From Rhizophagus irregularis (lineage: Eukaryota), in assembly GCF_026210795.1 (NCBI RefSeq), contig NC_089433.1:248001-312000 (forward strand): DNA of 64,000 bases. Direction: 5' to 3'. The translations under genes were made by a program, and so were the position numbers. Under the pieces are notes generated by a model. The model did no database searches. It saw only the letters and a program-made list of their open reading frames with translations, and was not told the origin of the DNA. Shown piece by piece: positions 11,598-23,060 of the stretch (the stretch's first letter is position 1; the number at the start of each line of letters is the position of its first letter).

Positions 11598-14500
11598 TCA
11601 CGAAAAGAGGTGAGGATTTGTATTAGAAATGTCCGTCAACCTTTGATACTCCAAGATAACATCCTGATCAACCATGAAAGCTGATTTATCAAGGTGAGAT
11701 ATTTCTAAATTATCCCAGGAAGAATATCTACTAAGAGCAACATAAGCTTGACCGGGTGAAAAGATGTTCCCATCCAATGCTAAGCATACCCTTGCTAAGG
11801 TCAAACCCTGGGCTTTGTGAACGGTAAGGGCGAAACAATTTTTGCATACGATTGCAATTGTTTCCATTTATCTTAAAATAATGGGTTTGCTTATAAATGT
11901 CAATGTTGAGATGAAGTCCAACAACTCAGCAGAAACCATGAACGTGATAATCGTGATTTATGAGTGTACAGAGTCTCATTTTGCAAGGTGAGCAAGAAAT
12001 CCGGAAAGAGATGTAAAAATTTTCATGACATGATGCATCAGGTGTTGACTTGAAATCCGATCACTCCTTGCTGGAACATTCAACAGGAGCTGCTGGTAGA
12101 AGTACAATTCACCATCTTCAACCCTAAGAAAACGATGCCTGGTTATTATTTCTTTTGATCGTTTAAAAACATAATTATTCAGATCATCACGGAATGCTTG
12201 ACGAGTGGTAGCAGGTGGCGAAGGTGTGATTAAATACCTCTGAAAGTATTGAAAGTACGTGAGGTTCTCAAACTCCTGGAGGTGAGGACGAGCCATGTAC
12301 TTCATGATTGTATAAGGGTTGTCATCATCATCATCTATCATGTAGACAGGAAGTATCGTACGAGTCCTTGTGGCAGGAGGATCAGTCATGAGAAACTTTA
12401 CGGTAACAGAAGAGCTGCAAATATCGTGACCTAGGAGCAAACACATGAGTTCTATTGATCCAAGGCGACGCGCTATGACATGCTCCCTCAAGAGATCATT
12501 CTCATAGATATTGAATACATGTGATGGTTCTCTTTTCGTAATGTACTTTCCCTATAAAAAAATTGGATACGTTTTTTATAAAGTTTTCATACGATTTTTT
12601 TCCTTAGAAATAACGTATCATAATAAGATACGGAAAAATGCAAAATTCCGTATCACTAAAAATATGGTTTGAATACGGAATTTGCACGGGATTCATATGG
12701 AATTTACATGATTTGATCACTGATTTTATCACGAAATTTATACGATTTGGTCACTGAATTTACTATTTGTATTACAGTTTACTATAATTGTATTTTCATA
12801 AATCTAATTTTACTTTATTAAATTAAATAAAAAATAAAAAATAAACAAAATACAAATATATTATGAAAATTCCCTCCTTATTAAAACCACCTATTGCAAC
12901 CAAAATTATCTATAAGTTCAGGTTCATTTGGAGTCAAATAACCTAAAAAAACAAAAAAAAAAAGAAACATAAGAACGTCTAACTTAATTGGAAACAAAAC
13001 CCCCCCTCATATAGTATCTGCAATCATCCAAGTCACCAAAGGTTAGCATTCCTACAAAAAAAGAAAGAGAACTCCAGAATGTCTGACCTACATAAAAGAA
13101 AAGAATTATGAAGTGTCTGATGAAAAAGAAACCAAAACAACAAAATAAATCCAAAACTGACCTACAAAAAAAGAAGACTCCGAAGCAACAAAACTGTAAT
13201 AACCTATAAAAGAAAAGAATCTGAACCCAACTTACAAAAAAAAAAAGAAAATTTGAACTGACCTAAAAAAAGAAAAAAATCCTGAACCATCCTACAAAAA
13301 GGAAAGGACTCCCAAACTGATCTACAAAAAAGAAAAAAGAAAACTGAATCTTCTCACAAAAAAAATCTGCTGGCCTATGAAATAAAAAAAGGGATAAATA
13401 TAAATATAAATAAAAAAAGAAAAGGGAATAAAGAATAAATCAAAAAAAAATATTTTTTTAAAAAGAGGGGTAACGAAGTTAGGAAAGTTAAAAAAAATTT
13501 TTTTTTAAAGGGAGGACGTCAAAGTTAGAATTTATAAAGAGGAAATAGAAATAGAAAGAAGAAAATTTTAGAAAAAATAACAAAAATAAGACGAGAAAAG
13601 AGAGGAAGATCAAACTCATCAAAGTAAGGGTTTATATAAAAAAACAAAAAACGTATCATAACAAATCAATAAACAATCACGTGATCTCGTGTTATGATAC
13701 GGGATTTTTGTAAAATTATCTTCTAATAATATTGGATACGGAATCTATAGAAACGTACATAGAATGTATATAAAACGTATCCTTTCCGTTTACATATTTC
13801 TTATAGGGTTTGTCATGTATCTGGCGAATCCCTTATCGGTTATGTATTGGACGTTGATATGCGCATCCCAAAGCAAAATGTATCGCAGGGTGGTAAGGTA
13901 CGACCCAAGAATCAGCTTCGGTCAAACACTTATATACGTATCGGGATTCACCTGTAACATAATGGGTTTTTTCGCTATAGGGACGTGGAAAGCCTTTCTT
14001 GCATGTTTGCCCTGGAGGTGCGGGTCCCTGACATTTTGAGCTGCAGGTGTGTATTTGATTCGCCAAAACAGCAGCGTAAAGTTCCAGTTCATAAAGAGAA
14101 TCGAGCATAGTTGATCGTATGACATCATTCGCAATCATTTCATCAATTACCGGAGGTTCATATTTAATCAGACTCACGATAATGGCCGTCGTGGATCTCA
14201 TGCTTTGATTGATGGAATTGGTTTTATTAGAAAGATTTCTAATATTTGGATCGTGATTAACTTCAACCCAAAACTCCTGCTGGGGTTCTCGGTCTCCAAG
14301 GTTTTCCTCGACATAAAACTCCAATGCATAGCTTCCATTAACATTTCTGACAGTTTTGGTAGTGATGCCTGCCAAGATAACACTCAAACCCAATGGAGGC
14401 ATCGTATCAAAGTCTATCCCATCGATCACCTTAATAGAGGTCGCATTGATCTTATTATTTTATCAATCAAATAATAAAGATAATGTTTAGCAATTCAGTA

Positions 14501-14950
14501 AAAGAAAAATAACATTAATTATTATAAAAACTTACCGTATACCATCCTGCACAGGCTACAAATTTCCCCCCTTAAACATATCACATCCCTCTTTTCAAAA
14601 TCTTCAGGAAATAAAATAAAGTCATTGGTAGAAATAAAATTCTTGAGGAACTACAAATACCAATAGAAATATCATTGGAAAGCGCGTAGCAGGATTGATA
14701 GCTCCTGCTAAATATCCATATTGAAAGGATTCTGCCGTGTTCGTAGAACTAGACTCATTCAATGTATGTCAATCTGAGGCTCGATATTCTTGTCAGAAGG
14801 AATAAATGCTTTTATCTTCAAATAAATTATTTTCGTCGCATCATTCGTGTCCAACCTCGACACAGCCGTAATCTCTTTAACCGTATATTCTTGCGTAAGT
14901 TTTTCGTTGGAATCATGTATGTAGCAAATGGTAGAAATCTTAGATGGCAT
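11598..14950 (-). mobile_element. Internally deleted Helitron-type element: accessory gene, Rep remnants and PIF1 helicase C-terminus
   Basis: PIF1 motifs FALTVHKAQGLTL...GQAYVALSR (11598-11867). Rep-like QIHTCSSKC...CKKGFPRP...VVPYHP and the tyrosine motif RYMTKYITK, which is split by an insertion. Element ends not determined. Confidence 0.85.
12550..13808. mobile_element. Non-autonomous TIR transposon (CMC/CACTA-like), 1259 bp, 3-bp TSD
   Basis: Ends CCCTATAA...TTATAGGG, with TTT on both sides (12547-12549, 13809-13811). Many subterminal GATACG/CGTATC motifs. Removing the element plus one TSD restores the Helitron Rep frame. Superfamily inferred from the CCC start and 3-bp TSD. Confidence 0.85.
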
Positions 14951-15548
14951 TTCTTTTTGTAAAAGAAAAAATTTTTTTTTTTGTATAATATTTTCGTTAA
15001 TAAACACTGAAAATAAAAAAAAAATTAAATGGAAGAAGGGAGTTTTTTATACCTATTTTACAATGTTAACTATATTATTTTTTTTCAAATTAATTCTAAT
15101 TAAAAAAATTCTTTCAATCCACATTCTCAAAAAAAATTTTCGTGAGGCTTCAATCAATATTATCAAAAAAAAAAAATTTCACGAGGCTTCAACAATTTTT
15201 TTTTTTCACTTCGCCATAATTTATACTTCTTTATCCGGACATAAAATACAATTTTTTTTCGCAAGAATCATCAATTAACTATCATTCTTTGCTATAGCTC
15301 ATATATTTCGCAAGTTAAAAAGCCGGTCTAAAAAAAATTTTTTTTGACACGTAATATTGTTTCAGATCTCAAGTGTTTGATTATGCAAAAAAAATTCTTA
15401 ATATTTCTTAATATGGAAACGAAATGATAAAAATTTACAAGATAAAAGCTAGTTTTTGAAAAAAAAAGCCATAATCGTATGGGACAATAGGTTAATATAA
15501 TAATTCATTCAATAAATCATATATAAGCCACTTAATTTCACATTCACA

Positions 15549-15985
15549 AGGGCAAAACAAATTAAATCTACTATGTAACATATTTTATCTATTATTACAA
15601 AAAAAATGGAAAAAAAGTAGTATATAATGATTCATTAGGCACCAGACAGTCCAGACACGTTAAAAAAAAGTGATCAAACAATTTGAAAGTTCGGATCGTT
15701 GACCAGGTCACACAATTTCATCAGCCAATAATTATCAATTCAAACCCGATCAAAATCCCGAACGATCAGTAATCATTTATCATTTGGTCATTTCCAATCA
15801 TTTGATTTTGATTGGCTAATATTTATCACATAAATAATCATGTGACAAATAATGAATGTAGTGTAGGCAAAAATCATAATGCTGGCCAAAATTACATTCA
15901 AATGACCAAGGTCATTTGTCATTTGTCATTTGAATCATTTGGTCATTTCAAGTCATTTGCCCTATGGAGGGAGGGTAGGGCGAAA
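15549..15985. repeat. Small element with TCATTTG microsatellite and terminal hairpin, possible non-autonomous Helentron/MITE
   Basis: AGGGCAAA at 15549 is inverted to TTTGCCCT at 15956. Stem-loop TTTGCCCTA...TAGGGCGAAA at 15956-15985. Many TCATTTG units. Confidence 0.4.
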
Positions 15986-17100
15986 TAATATATAATCTAA
16001 ACAGAACTTATAATAAATCAATACCTTAAACAAATGTGTAGAACACTAATTACCTCCTATTATTTATCCTACGATAATTATGTACTAAATTTGTGTTAAT
16101 CACTTGTCACATGCTAAATTTGTATCAGTTTTATACGGACGACAACAATGATATGTAAAAGAGAAAGGTATAAGAAGATAAATTTTTAAAAGACTATGAA
16201 GTAATTATTTCAAATCATAAAGAATATTTATTTATGATAGTAAATGAATGTATTTTTATTACAAAAGAATTTTTATTTTAATAAATGAATTACGATAAAT
16301 GATAAATTTTGCAAAATCACTATAGCATTATAGAATTTTTTAATTTTCGGATATTTCAATTTTTTTTTTAGAAATATAGCTTTTTATATAAACAAAATGA
16401 TTACAATAATTACAATAAGTAAAATATTAAAAGAAGCGAAGATGATACTGCGAAAAAAAATAAATGAATTCAATGTTTATATGTATACTTTACCCGAAAA
16501 TAGTATTTTCTTATGAAAATTTGTTAAATTTCAATATCATTATGTTAAAAGAAAATATCATAATTATGGTCATTAACTTGAAAAACCTAATGTTTTAATT
16601 TTGAAAGTTTAACTAAATTAAAGCTCTTTTATTGGAATTATTATTAGTAAGTAGTGACTCAATTTCTATAAGTAAATTTATATGTTAAAATGTCTTTTAC
16701 CAATAATTATTTAATTGTATGTGTGTGAACCACTAATAATAAAAATTATTACTGGGAAGTGTATATAAAATGGTGACCTGGGTGCGCATGAAATCAATTT
16801 TATAATTTTAAATATATTACTTTTGTCAACGGATAGGAACAAGGATAGGAAGGGATATCACGGATATAAAGAGGTAGAATATTTATAATTCAGGTTATTA
16901 TTGTTCTCGAATATTTGGAATTAGCAAAGATATTTAGAATTAGCAAAGAATAAAATCTACCGATCGGCAAAGACGCAAATCATAGCGAGCACTTTTTCAC
17001 GTCATATCTTAGTCCTAGAATATACTTTATAAGTTCTTTACCATTTGGTGACAATGATATAATCAATTAAGCAGCCAATCGCCAAGCCCCTTGGTGCAAT

Positions 17101-17154
17101 AATCTTGACTCATCTTTTCTCTTTATGAGTATTACATTGGTTGAGTCAAGATTC
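17101..17154. promoter_or_regulatory. Perfect 12-bp inverted repeat carrying two TGACTCA (AP-1/Gcn4-type) sites
   Basis: AATCTTGACTCA at 17101-17112 and TGAGTCAAGATT at 17143-17154, with TGAGTTA between them. Lies just upstream of a predicted 5'-UTR splice donor at 17190. Confidence 0.5.
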
Positions 17155-17325
17155 ATATATCAGACAGCGAACTAACTAAAAACTTTCAGGTATGTCTTTT
17201 CCCCCAATAAGAAAAGTAGTATGTCTTTCCCCCCAATAAGAAAATCGTGGACTGAAGACTCGGTAACCTTAGTTTTGTTCGTAAAGGAAGAAAGTTCATT
17301 AATAATTTAATTTTTCTCTTTAGAT

Positions 17326-18540
17326 ATGGAAATGTATCGAGAAACTAGCGAATCTCGACAACACGACGCTACAAATTTACAACAAGGTTCTCTTACCGTA
17401 CAAGTATGTCTCAACAAAGTTTATTTTCTTTTTTAGCCAGGTCACGCATAGATATTGATCCTTGATGTTCTTCTACATTAGAAACAATCAAACACTTTTT
17501 CCAAGAAAATCCAAGAACAACAAGCCACTACCAATAATAGTAAAAATCGATGGGACCACAATAGTGATAGGCACAATATGGGACTATTTATATACAGCAA
17601 ACTTCCAGCCAAAATATTTATTCTTATCGCGATTCTCACTTTGTGTGTTCCTTTTTATGGGATTGACTTTTCTCAAAAAAACTTTAAAATTCCGAGCATC
17701 AAACAACCAATTTTCAATTTTTTCAAATATATCAGCAAAATTAAGTTCTTTCCTTTTGGGTATTTCCTCATTTTTAGTGTTGTTCTTTTTGAAAAAAGAC
17801 CGGACCTTTCTCCTCAAGCATCAGAACCAAATTGCATTATGGATGACGATCTTGAGTGCGGGGAAACGATGTCCATCGGTGATAAACGTGTCCTGGAAAC
17901 AAAGTTATTACAAGATCATCAAAGCATCGTTTGGAGCATCAATCACGGCTCCCAAGGATCGGGACAGAAAAGAGATGATCAAGAATCGATGGAGAAACAA
18001 TCGATCTCTTTTCTCCCGAGATTTATGTACGGAGAAGAAGCTGGAAACATGGGACATTGGGAATTGCGCGGAAGTGAACCCGTGGACGCACCTAATTCTG
18101 GTGAGGCCCGATATCCGATTGAGAGCCCACTCAATTTATGTGAAATCGAGAAAAGTAGCACTTCCCTGTCAAAATTGCCAGCTCTACTTTCCCTCTTGAA
18201 GAATGACCGCTTTGGATTTCATATAATTACGAGTAAAAAAGATCTGTCAGATTTGTCAGACTTATTGTACGAAGACAATATTAAGTATTTCGCTAAAACA
18301 TTTGGTATTATTGATCCTCGTGCTGTATGTATTGACCATTCTGGACTTTCCATCTGGATATTGGATAATCATGGTCACATGTTTTGTTGGGACGAGATGG
18401 GACATAATATGGATTACATGGGATCTAGTTTGATTGAAGGTCTCACGAACAATTTTTTCAACCCAGATAAGATATATAGGGTTACGGAGGATACTTGCGA
18501 GCTTAATCGTTGGGTAGATGATGAGACACTGTGGCCATAA
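17326..18540 (+). CDS. Predicted 378-aa protein with C-terminal SUKH-like (immunity-type) domain (frame B)
   Basis: Exon 17326-17403 (MEMYRE...LTVQ, donor GTATGT), 78-nt intron, acceptor TAG 17479-17481, then exon 17482-18540 in frame with the 320-aa ORF. The C-terminal IWILDNHGHMFCWDEMGHNMDYMGSSLIEGLTN resembles the SUKH-3/US22 pattern (by eye). Confidence 0.65.
17465..18199 (+). CDS. Predicted zinc-dependent deaminase-fold protein (YwqJ-like, CAE type), overlapping frame A
   Basis: 244-codon ORF from ATG 17465 with FGASI...WDIGNCAEVNPW (CAE at 18065-18073)...PCQNC (18164-18178), matching the [HC]xE...PCxxC deaminase signature. Confidence 0.7.
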   Translation: MFFYIRNNQTLFPRKSKNNKPLPIIVKIDGTTIVIGTIWDYLYTANFQPKYLFLSRFSLCVFLFMGLTFLKKTLKFRASNNQFSIFSNISAKLSSFLLGISSFLVLFFLKKDRTFLLKHQNQIALWMTILSAGKRCPSVINVSWKQSYYKIIKASFGASITAPKDRDRKEMIKNRWRNNRSLFSRDLCTEKKLETWDIGNCAEVNPWTHLILVRPDIRLRAHSIYVKSRKVALPCQNCQLYFPS

Positions 18541-18592
18541 ATTATTTTATATTCTTTACTATTGATAGCATGTATGACTTTGGGCTTTACTG

Positions 18593-19790
18593 AATTCTTG
18601 AACGTGAGAAATTAACGAATTAATATTTAGTTCTAACAATATGATTAATAGTTAAATATTTTTTACAAATTATATGATAAAATTTATTAAACATTAATAT
18701 TTTACCTAAGAATGATATTAAATGATTTTGGTAAAATATTTGATTTCATTTTCCATCTCTTTTCTCATTAGGAAATGCAGTACGAAAAAATTGAGACCTA
18801 GCACATAAATATTTGAATGAGCACGAATTTCTTTGACATTTTGATCATTAGTATCTGCATAAATAAAACGTCATAATCGTCATATCCTATAGTAAGTCCT
18901 GATTCTCTTTTAAGCTAGCTGGTCAACTCCGCCAAAGTTTTAATTAAAGATAAAGGAAAGGAAATGGTTAATTCTTTGGACATTTTTGTATAAATAGACC
19001 ATTATTTGTACTGAATCTTTTTTACATTGTAGTTTTATTATTGTAAAAAATGGTTGAATTTTTAAAACAGTTACTATTGTTAATTTCTATAACGATAAAA
19101 CATTATCCTAATGGATCCACTTATCTGTTGCTTCTATTTCTTTTTTTTCTTTGGAATAGTGTAATTCTTAAGCAAGTTAATATAGAAACTGTTATCAATT
19201 ACCTTTTTTCGGATTTAATTTCTTTTTTTTTCTGATACGTCATAAATTCTTTATTTTTTTTTTCTCACATTTTTGAATTACAAATTTTTTTTAACTATAT
19301 TATGTTGAAACAGAGGGAAATGATGCAATTCTTGAATCGATATGGAGGCATGAAAATATAGCATTGTATGACGGGCGCAACAAATTAGGAAACTGTTGGA
19401 GAATGAAGGTTTTATTTACATTTTCATAATCGTTGGATAATTATATTTTGAAATCATTTTTTGTTGTAAATGAGAATAGGAAAAAAAAAGAGCAAAAATT
19501 TTAGTTGCAGCCGAAACCTTATTTATATTGTTTTACGTTGATCGTGTTTCCATAAATTTCTATAATGATATTTTCTTCACGCCAATTAAAATTTAAATGA
19601 TCCAGATTATCTAATTCTACCTAAAACCTCAAAGAAACTAACCAAAGTCATTGGAAGTAACTTCAATAAATTAAGTCAAAACTACGCATGTACGGTGCAC
19701 GTTTAGGTCAAAAGCGAATAAATTTTCATTTGTTGATAAAATTTGTCATATTAATGGTTTCATCAACCTTCTAACTCTAGATGTTTGTCA
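18593..19790 (-). pseudogene. Disrupted tandem copy of the 20418-21898 BTB gene 5' part and its promoter
   Basis: 18593-18890 and 19421-19456 match the exon2 start, intron and exon1 of 20418-21898, with deletions and a ~530-bp unrelated insert. 19457-19790 matches its upstream region (~21899-22250). Confidence 0.8.
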
Positions 19791-20417
19791 AGCTGCAATA
19801 ATTTTATTGAGTTCGAAATTCCCATAATTCCAGCGTTTTTGATACTTACCTCCTGGTTGGCTGTTTTTAAGACGTTTCTCATTCACATTCTTTTCATTCA
19901 CTTCTCTATTTTCGTCATTTATTCGATTTGTGAAATAATCGTTGAAGCGTTGTGAATTTCATAATCACTTTACTTTTTTCCGCTAAACGAACAATTTCAT
20001 TTTCCGATCGCGAAATATTCTGTCTCTTTCCTACTAATAACTGATTTTGCTGTTTCTTTCAATTAAACAGCATATTTCTTATACTGAAATGATGTATTTT
20101 TCTATTAAAAGAAACGCATTTTTTTATTAAAGAACGATGAAATTTACACCAAACTTACATGGCACAATTGACATAAGTTTATACCTATCCTTTAATAATA
20201 TCATCATGCTAACTATTTTATTACTTGAAAAATAAATATTTTAAGATATTTATTTACTTTATTAACAAATTAAATATGTTTATATACAGTTTCTTAAAAT
20301 TTAATAAACTGAAGTTGTTTTACTTATTAGGTTCGCAGAAAACTTATTATTGATAGTGAAATATTTTTTTCAGAAGACATATAATGAAAAAAAAACAATT
20401 TCAATTTCATCTTAAAT

Positions 20418-21898
20418 TTACTTTTTAATTACTTGAAATACTTCATAATCTTCTACTTCAAAATTTTTTGGAATTCCTATGCTTGGATAGACTTCTCCAT
20501 AACCACGATCTTCATTAGACCAATTAATATTATTAAGACAGTATATATTACCCATAGTTGGACCGAAATTATACTGACATAAAACAGCACGATCTTGTTT
20601 CTTAACATAACTTACTTTTGAAGTAGAAATATTTCCTCCATTGATAAAATTAAAAATAAAGCTATCTGCTGTAGCCACCCAACGAGGTTGTCTAGTATCC
20701 CAATTAAGTGGATTATACCCTCCTATTAATTGTGTTGAATTTTTAATTTTTGCTATCCAAATAGTAGCTCCTTTATCATCACAATTTTTATGAAAAGAAT
20801 TAGTATCAACTCCATCTTGACTTGAGCGATATAATAACTTAAAATCATAGGGATTATTTTTTCTATTATAATGTGAAGTATCTTTTTTATCAATCCACGA
20901 AGCAAAAAGAGGAAGATGATTCGATTTAATTAAAGTTGAATCGAGTGGATATTTTAAATTTGGCTTTCTTGAAGGTGGTAAATTAACTTTTGATTTTATG
21001 TCAGGAACTATATGATATTCCAAAAGATCATGAATTAAATCTTGTGGTAAGATGTCTTTGTAACAATAAACTTTGTAAAAGAAATCAGTAGGTTCAATAT
21101 CATAGAATCGAATTAATGGAATAAATCTGTATAATTCTCTTTCAATTCTTGTAATATCATCTTTATTCCATTTTGTTGGATCATTCTGCATATTTTGTTG
21201 GGCAAAACACCATTTTAATAAATACTCCCAAATTTCAATTTCATCCATAATTAGGTCATCCCTTTTTAATAATAATTCCAATAAAGGAGCTTTTAAATTA
21301 ATAAAATTTTCAGAACTGAATAAAATTTTAGGTTCTTCACAAATTTTTTCAAGGCAAAAATTCCATAAATCCGTAAATGTTTCATGTTGATAAATAATTT
21401 CAAGAATTCCGGTTGGATTTTGTTGTAAAAATTCGGTTTGATGTTCAATCAAAAATTCTTGAACATGAGAAATTAACGGATTGATATTTAGTTCATCCAC
21501 AGCTATCAATAATTTTAATACTTCAGAGCCTTGTAAATTCTTCAATTCAATATTTCCACAATAAATGAACCTAACAATATGATTAATAGTTAAATATTTT
21601 TTACAAATTTATATGATAAAATTTATTAAACAATAATATCTTACCTAAGAATGATATTAAATAATTGAAGTGAAATATTTGATTTTCTAAAAATAAATTT
21701 TCCATCTCTTTTCTCAGCCCATTCGTTAGAAAATGCAGTACGAAAATATTGAGACCTAGCACATAAAATATTTGAATGAGCATGAATTTCTTTAACATTT
21801 TGATCATCTCCAGCATAAATAATAACGTCATATCCTATTTCTGTTTCAAAAAGTTTTTCATAATCGTTGGATAATTCTGCCCAAAATTTTGAAATCAT
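20418..21898 (-). CDS. BTB/POZ-BACK-TLDc domain protein (~468 aa, 2 exons)
   Basis: Exon1 21898-21645, intron 21644-21571, exon2 21570-20418. Intact frame and family motifs. Confidence 0.92.
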
Positions 21899-22324
21899 TT
21901 TTTTTGTTGTAAATGAAAAAAAGGAAAAAAAAAAATGGCAAAAATTTGAGTTGCAACCGAAACCTTATTTATATTGTTTTACGTTGATCGTGTTTCCATA
22001 AATTTCTATAATTGGAAGCAATGATATTTTCTTCACGGCCAATTAAGATTTAAATGATCCAGATTATCTAATTCTACCCCAAACCTCAAGAAACTAACCA
22101 AAGTCATTGTGAGTACTGCCAATTAATTAAGTCAAAACTACACATGTACGGTGTACATTTGGGTCAAAAGCGAATAAATTTTTATTTGCTGATCGTCATA
22201 TTAAAAATTAGACGTATTAACGGTTTCCTTGACCTTCTAACTCTAGATGCTTGAAATTTTCTCTAAATAAAATATGTGTATATCGGTATTAACGTCGACA
22301 TAATTTTTTTAAGCCACAATAATT

Positions 22325-23060
22325 AAATTTATTTTAAATTTATATTAAAAACAAATATTATTACTAACACTTACCTAAAATTAAATAGGATAATATACTG
22401 GATAATTATAAAAGAATTCAGTTAACAAAAAATATTATATAAAATATATAACAATAGGAAATAATGATGCTATATATGATATTAATCATTTTTTTTAAAT
22501 AAAAAATTTAGAATTATATTAATACTACATAAATATGCAATAATAAAATTTAATAAATAATTTTTAACTATTAAAAATAAAATATCACCAAATAATTTTT
22601 AAAAGTTAGATAGTTTAAAAATATATTAATATTATATAACATATATGCATGTAATATTAAAGTTTAAATTATATGTAGAAATTATATTGAGTATGTAACT
22701 ATTTAATTACTAATTAAATAGCTTATAACCCACTCGGCTAAAAAAGATTACAAAATATTTTATTATTTTTTAAATAAAGTTATGTAAATATTGTATAAAT
22801 ATGTAATAATAAAATTTTTATTAAATAAATAACTTGCAAATATTTAATAATAGAATTAAATGAATAACTTACTTCCTATATTATTAAATAATTTTTTAAT
22901 AAAGAATTTAGCTAGTTTAATTGTATGTAAATATTATGTAAATATGTAATAATAGAATTAAACAACCCATACTATAAAAATAATTTTCTTAAATAATTTA
23001 GTTAGTTTAAATTATATATAAATATTATACTGTATAAATATGAATAATAGAATTAAATAG
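22325..23060 (-). pseudogene. Decayed relic of a microexon/intron array related to 39.0-39.9 kb
   Basis: Minus strand shows TAG-GAA-GTAAGT (exon 22875-22873), TAG-CCGA-GTGGGT (22737-22734) and TTTTAG-GTAAGTG (~22369-22380). Intron text resembles 39000-39880. No kinase exons follow. Confidence 0.6.

Noticed and set aside
18180..18205. Programmed -1 ribosomal frameshift joining the deaminase to the SUKH-like domain
   Set aside because: TAC TTT CCC TCT TGA is not a correctly phased X XXY YYZ site, and frame B is independently open far upstream. Not excluded, but unsupported.
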